Of a DNA stretch of 64,000 bases, positions 59,401 to 64,000 are shown piece after piece. Source of the stretch: Macrostomum lignano (Eukaryota); NCBI GenBank assembly GCA_002269645.1, contig NIVC01000636.1, positions 248,001-312,000 of the forward strand, in the 5' to 3' direction. The position numbers and the translations under genes are program-made. Under the pieces are notes generated by a model that worked only from the letters and a program-made list of their open reading frames with translations, did no database searches and was not told the DNA's origin. Positions within the stretch are counted from its first letter, which is position 1; each line of letters opens with the position of its first letter.

Positions 59401-61930
59401 AATCCTGCAGATAGCAAGAATCCCTAAATTGCAAGCATCCCTGGATAGAAAGAATCCGATACATGTAGCCTAGCTTATCAAGTGCAATAATCCTTTGTTT
59501 GCCAATGCAGTTAATCCTTGGTTTATCAAGCGCAGTAATCCTTGGTTATCAAGTGCAGAAATCCTTGGTTTATTAAGTGCAGTAATCCTTGGTTTATCAA
59601 GTGCAGTAATCCATGGTTTATCAAGTGCAGAAATCCTTGGTTTATCAAGTGTAGTAATCTTTGGTTTATCAAGTGCAATAATCCTTGGTTTATCAAGTGC
59701 AGTAATCCTTGGTTTATCAAGTGCAGTAATCCTTGGTTTATCAAATGCAGTAATCCTTGATATATCAAGTGCAGTAATCCTTGGTTTATTAAGTGAATGA
59801 AAAGAAAATTTCACTACTTTTATATACTTTATATACACTACTAAGATTTGAACCTAGGTCGCTGCATTAGTAGTCCAGTATGTTCAGCTCTAGGCTAGCT
59901 CTCATTGAAGTTAAATGAATTTGTAGCTCATATAAATCAACACTCACACAAAGTCAGGTAGAGTAAAAGTCACATGAAGCAGTTATGATATAATTAATTT
60001 CTTAGGCAGTCAGTATCAGTGTCTATACTAACAATATGGTTAGGCAATATAAATCAAGTACTGTGCTATGCTTCTACACTCAACACTAATGCAATTCAAC
60101 TAGTATACAGACAATAAATAAAAAGCCTATTGTGATGCAATCTATTTCAGAATCAGAATTCAACCAGTCAGTTTTTTTCTTAGCATTCTTATGATGCATT
60201 TAAAGTTGAAAGAGCTGCTTGACCTTTGCAAAAAGCATGTTTTTCAAATATTTAATCCCTTTAGCATCAAGCAATTTCTTAGCAACATTGCAAGTACTGT
60301 CATGGAAAAATTTCTGATTGAACAGTGCATGTTCAAAGAAAATTGGCTTAGCCATTTTTGCTAAAACTGATCACATACTTACCTAGATAGATAGATACCT
60401 ACCAACAGACCATTTTTAGTATATAGAAAATGTTATTCTTAAAAAAGTGGCAATTTTTTTCTAGTTCTTTTAATTAAAGCATGTTTAAAGCATTATATGG
60501 CATTTTTTTGTTTTACAATACTTGCACTTTGTGTCAATTTTGTTATATAATACCCATTGGAAATTAGTGAGAATTGAAATAGATGTAGCTTTGATTGCAA
60601 AAATGTTTCAATCATAGCTTGCTAGCACACAATCCTTATATTCACTTTCATTATACAATGCCCTTAATGGAGAATTTGTTAAGAATGCATTGTAAAATGA
60701 AAGTGAGGAGGTATAGAAGCAAAAATAAGGGAGAATATTAAGAATTGGATATAGCCATGAAGAATCTTACAATTTTAGCTTATTAGTGCACAATCCTTAT
60801 ATTCACTTTCATTATAGGCCTACGATGCCCTCAATAGAGAATTTGTTAAGAATACATTGTAAAATGAAAGTGAGGGGGATATAGCAAATAAATGAAAGAC
60901 TGAAAAGAAATGGGTATGACTGTTAACAAATTATCCCTTATTTTCATTTTTATCCCCCTCACTTTTGTTTTAGAATGCATTCTTAATAAAGTCTTATATA
61001 TTGGTCTATCTATCAAATTGCAGCCATTTGTTGTCTTGGTATCTATTTTCTTAATTAACTAGTATTTCTAAAGCTGCTAAAAATTATCATTGATTTTAAA
61101 TGAGTGACCAATAGTACAAAATTATATTTACACTACTATAAAAGTACAACATAATATTGGTTAAAATTATTTCTATACATACTTCTGAAGAGTCAGAATC
61201 AACATTTGAAAATTGACCTTCCATTTTTTGCAAATTGCAAGTGTAGTGTCCTGATATATTGCTAATCCTTGTTTTGTAAAAGGTTTTGTTTATTCACTCA
61301 AATTTTGGATGCAATAATAAAAATATTATGTTGCATCTTTATTTGAAGAATAACAGCATTGTTTATCTATAGACCAACACATTTTTTTGTTTTTTTTCTA
61401 CAAAGACATTTAATCACTCTTTAATTGGTGGTTCCTTAAAATTAGAAAGGATAGGTAGTAGATAATGGATAATGGATAATAGTAAAAGATGGCCGGTAGA
61501 GGGGGGGTTGCTACTTTAGATATATTAGATAGGTAAGTACTAGATAACACTGTATATTAGTAGCAATTTTAGTGTATATAAGTCACACTTTGGAAGATTT
61601 TAAAAGATTAGAAGATTGTATTTTGTCATTTGAACTAGAAATGATCAAATAGATTTACATCATGGCTATATTGATATATTGCCATGATAAAACTGGTTTC
61701 TTTATATACTTTAGTCAAATTTAATAATAGTAAGAGGCTGCCAAAGCCACTTTTCAATTCTAAGCAGATCTATAAAAGTATAAGGGATTATGTTATTTAA
61801 CCTGACAATAATTTAGAGAAATTAGTCTAGTTGTACATATGCAGTTGGTTACTAGGCCCATTTGCCCATGGGTTAAATATGAGATTTGTCTATTTGTTTT
61901 AACTAAAGACAAAGTTATTAACTAATATAG
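56480..61930. other. AT-rich, largely CpG-depleted block between the divergent ARL5 and HS6ST genes
   Basis: Abrupt compositional switch at both ends. Only about 4 CG dinucleotides found by eye in 59461-61930. Contains internal direct and inverted duplications. Confidence 0.8.
59480..59800. repeat. 24-nt tandem repeat (ATCAAGTGCAGTAATCCTTGGTTT)
   Basis: About 13 copies. Confidence 0.9.
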
Positions 61931-61955
61931 TCATTTGTGGCTATCGCGCCTGCAG

Positions 61956-63911
61956 CACCGCCTGTGGTGCACTGGCTTAGTGCGCCATCTCTGGCGGCGT
62001 CGCAGGCGGCAGGCAGCCATTGTGGCCGCTGCCGTCACCGCCCTGCTGGCGCTCCTGCTGCTGGCCAGCGCCTCGCTCAGAAGGCCGCTGCCGCCGCCCT
62101 TCCAGCTGGAATCCGCCAGCACCATCGAATCCGTTGACCTGTTCGACTCTCGCCGCGATGTCATCGTGCTGCTGCACATGCAGAAGACCGGCGGCTCGCA
62201 CCTCAACCGCCAGCTCGTCTCCGGCTTGCGCCGACCCGACATGCGCTGCCAGTGCGGCCTCGGCGGCCTCGGCGGTGCGCGCCGGCGGAAATGGCGCTGC
62301 AGCTGCCGCAACAGCCGCGGCGACCTGTGGATTGTGAGCCGCTACAGCACCGGCTGGCTCTGCGGCCTCCACGCCGACTTCGCCGCGCTGTCTGCCTGCG
62401 TGCCCGGCCAGCTGGCCGCGCTCGACTCCGACTTTGAGAGGCCGCGCCGCCTCCGCTACGTCACCATGCTGCGCCGGCCGGCCGACCGCTTCCTGTCCGA
62501 GTGGCAGCACGCGCGCCGCGGCGCCACCTGGCGGAAATCGCAGCCCACCTGCCGCGGCCGCCGGCCTCCGCCCTGCCGGACTGGCGACGGCGCCTGGCGC
62601 GGCGTCTCCCTGGCCGAGTTCGCCGCCTGCCGCGCCAACCCGGCGCTGAACCGGCAGGCGCGCATGCTGGCCAACGCCAGCGGCCTGCCCTGCCGGGCCG
62701 TCTTCGCCAACGGGAATCGAACCGCGGACCTACTGCTGGCCAGTGCGCTTCACAATCTGGTAGGGATGGCGGCGTTCGGCCTGACAGAGTGGCAGGTGAG
62801 CGAGCTGCTGGGAAGCTGGGACTTTTATGGAGTTGAGTATCTGGGATATCTGATGGTGTTGAGGATCTGGGATATCTGATGGAGTTGAGGATCTGGGATA
62901 TCTGGTGGTGTTGAGGATCTGGGATATCTGATGGAGTTGAGGATCTGGGATATCTGATGGAGTTGAGGATCTGGGATATCTGATGGAGTTGAGGATCTGG
63001 GATATCTGATGGAGTTGAGTATCTGGGATATCTGATGGAGTTGAGGATCTGGGATATCTGATGGAGTTGAGTATCTGGGATATCTGATGGAGTTGAGGAT
63101 CTGGGATATCTGATGGAGTTGAGGATCTGGGATATCTGATGGTGTTGAGGATCTGGGATATCTGATGGTGTTGAGGATCTGGGATATCTGATGGAGTTGA
63201 GGATCTGGGATATCTGATGGTGTTGAGGATCTGGGATATCTGATGGAGTTGAGGATCTGGGATATCTGATGGTGTTGAGGATCTGGGATATCTGATGGGG
63301 TTGAGGATCTGGGATATCTGAATCTGATGGAGTTGAGGATCTGGGATATCTGATGGAGTTGAGGATTTGGGATACTGAGGGAGCTGTAAAGACTCTTCAA
63401 GCGGATTTGCTGTTGTCACGCGGATGTCACTCCACCAAGCACCACTCTCGGACCCGCGCAGATCCTGACGCAATACCTGCTGAGCAGGCGCCTCGGCCTG
63501 AGCTTCAGCCGCCTGTTCTGGCAGCAGGACGCCACCGTCGCCTCTAATTGGCGCGCCAGCGGCAACTTCAGCCTCGTCGCCGACGCCGGCGACCTCCAGC
63601 AGAGGCGACTGGCGGAGCTCGCCAACCCCGCCGACGCCCGCCTGTACGCAGCGGCCGAGCGGCTGTTTTTCGGCCAGGCCCGCCGCCTGCTGGCTCGGGA
63701 GCCGCTGCTGTCGGCCGGCCAGCGGGCTCGAGTCCGGGACGCCGACTCCGCAATCGGCGGCGACGCACTGACCGCGCTGGCCCGCCGGGTGCTGCTGGAG
63801 CTGGGCGCCGTTGAAGTGGACGACGCCGAGAAGGCAGACATCCGGCGCCGGGTGCGCAAGAAGCTCCTGCGGGCTGGCAACGACGAGGCCGAGTCGGATT
63901 CGAACTCGTGA
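61956..63911 (+). CDS. HS6ST: Heparan sulfate 6-O-sulfotransferase (type II Golgi membrane protein), 2 exons; initiator Met not found
   Basis: Exons ~61956-62795 and 63462-63911, joined by a GT-AG phase-0 intron. Basic cluster RRRRR followed by a hydrophobic signal anchor. 5'-PSB VLLHMQKTGGSHL, WIVSRYSTGWLCGLHADF, 3'-PB TMLRRPADRFLSEWQH, NRQARMLA, FGLTEWQ|ILTQYLL. Stop TGA 63909-63911. Confidence 0.92.
62822..63375. repeat. Intronic 26-nt tandem repeat (GATATCTGATGGAGTTGAGGATCTGG), HS6ST intron
   Basis: About 21 copies. Confidence 0.95.
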
Positions 63912-64000
63912 CTACGGATTCTAGACGGACTACAGCGGGTCCGGCTTGAGTTTCTGAGCCAGCTGCATGCTCTGTACCGGTAATGCGAACTGGGGATGGA

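Overview
This is eukaryotic (animal) genomic DNA. GC-rich spliced exons are separated by introns and intergenic spacers, most of which hold their own young tandem repeat (units 4-48 nt). That architecture, plus a YMRFamide precursor, most resembles a free-living flatworm such as Macrostomum lignano (inference, not verified). Seven protein genes can be reconstructed by hand from splice sites and family motifs: (1) a Ca-binding mitochondrial ATP-Mg/Pi carrier (SCaMC/SLC25A23-25 family, +, 3 exons); (2) a rabphilin/DOC2-type tandem-C2 protein (-, with a probable GC-AG intron); (3) an FMRFamide-family precursor with 10 YMRFamide copies (+); (4) an Rh-type ammonia transporter (-, 8 exons); (5) an intronless secreted coiled-coil protein with a conodipine/group IX PLA2-like domain whose catalytic His-Asp is His-Arg (-); (6) ARL5 (-); (7) a heparan sulfate 6-O-sulfotransferase (+). 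ARL5 and HS6ST diverge from a 5.4-kb AT-rich, CpG-depleted block. Neither has a usable ATG, and each opens in frame right after a splice acceptor. This fits the flatworm spliced-leader terminal AUG supplying Met1, although a tiny upstream exon is not excluded. Also present: two diverged tRNA-derived SINE-like elements, repeat arrays built from AP-1, NF-Y or nuclear-receptor motifs, and several orphan candidate exons. Almost all long ORFs in the supplied track are artefacts of tandem repeats. There is no CRISPR array, rRNA or intact tRNA.
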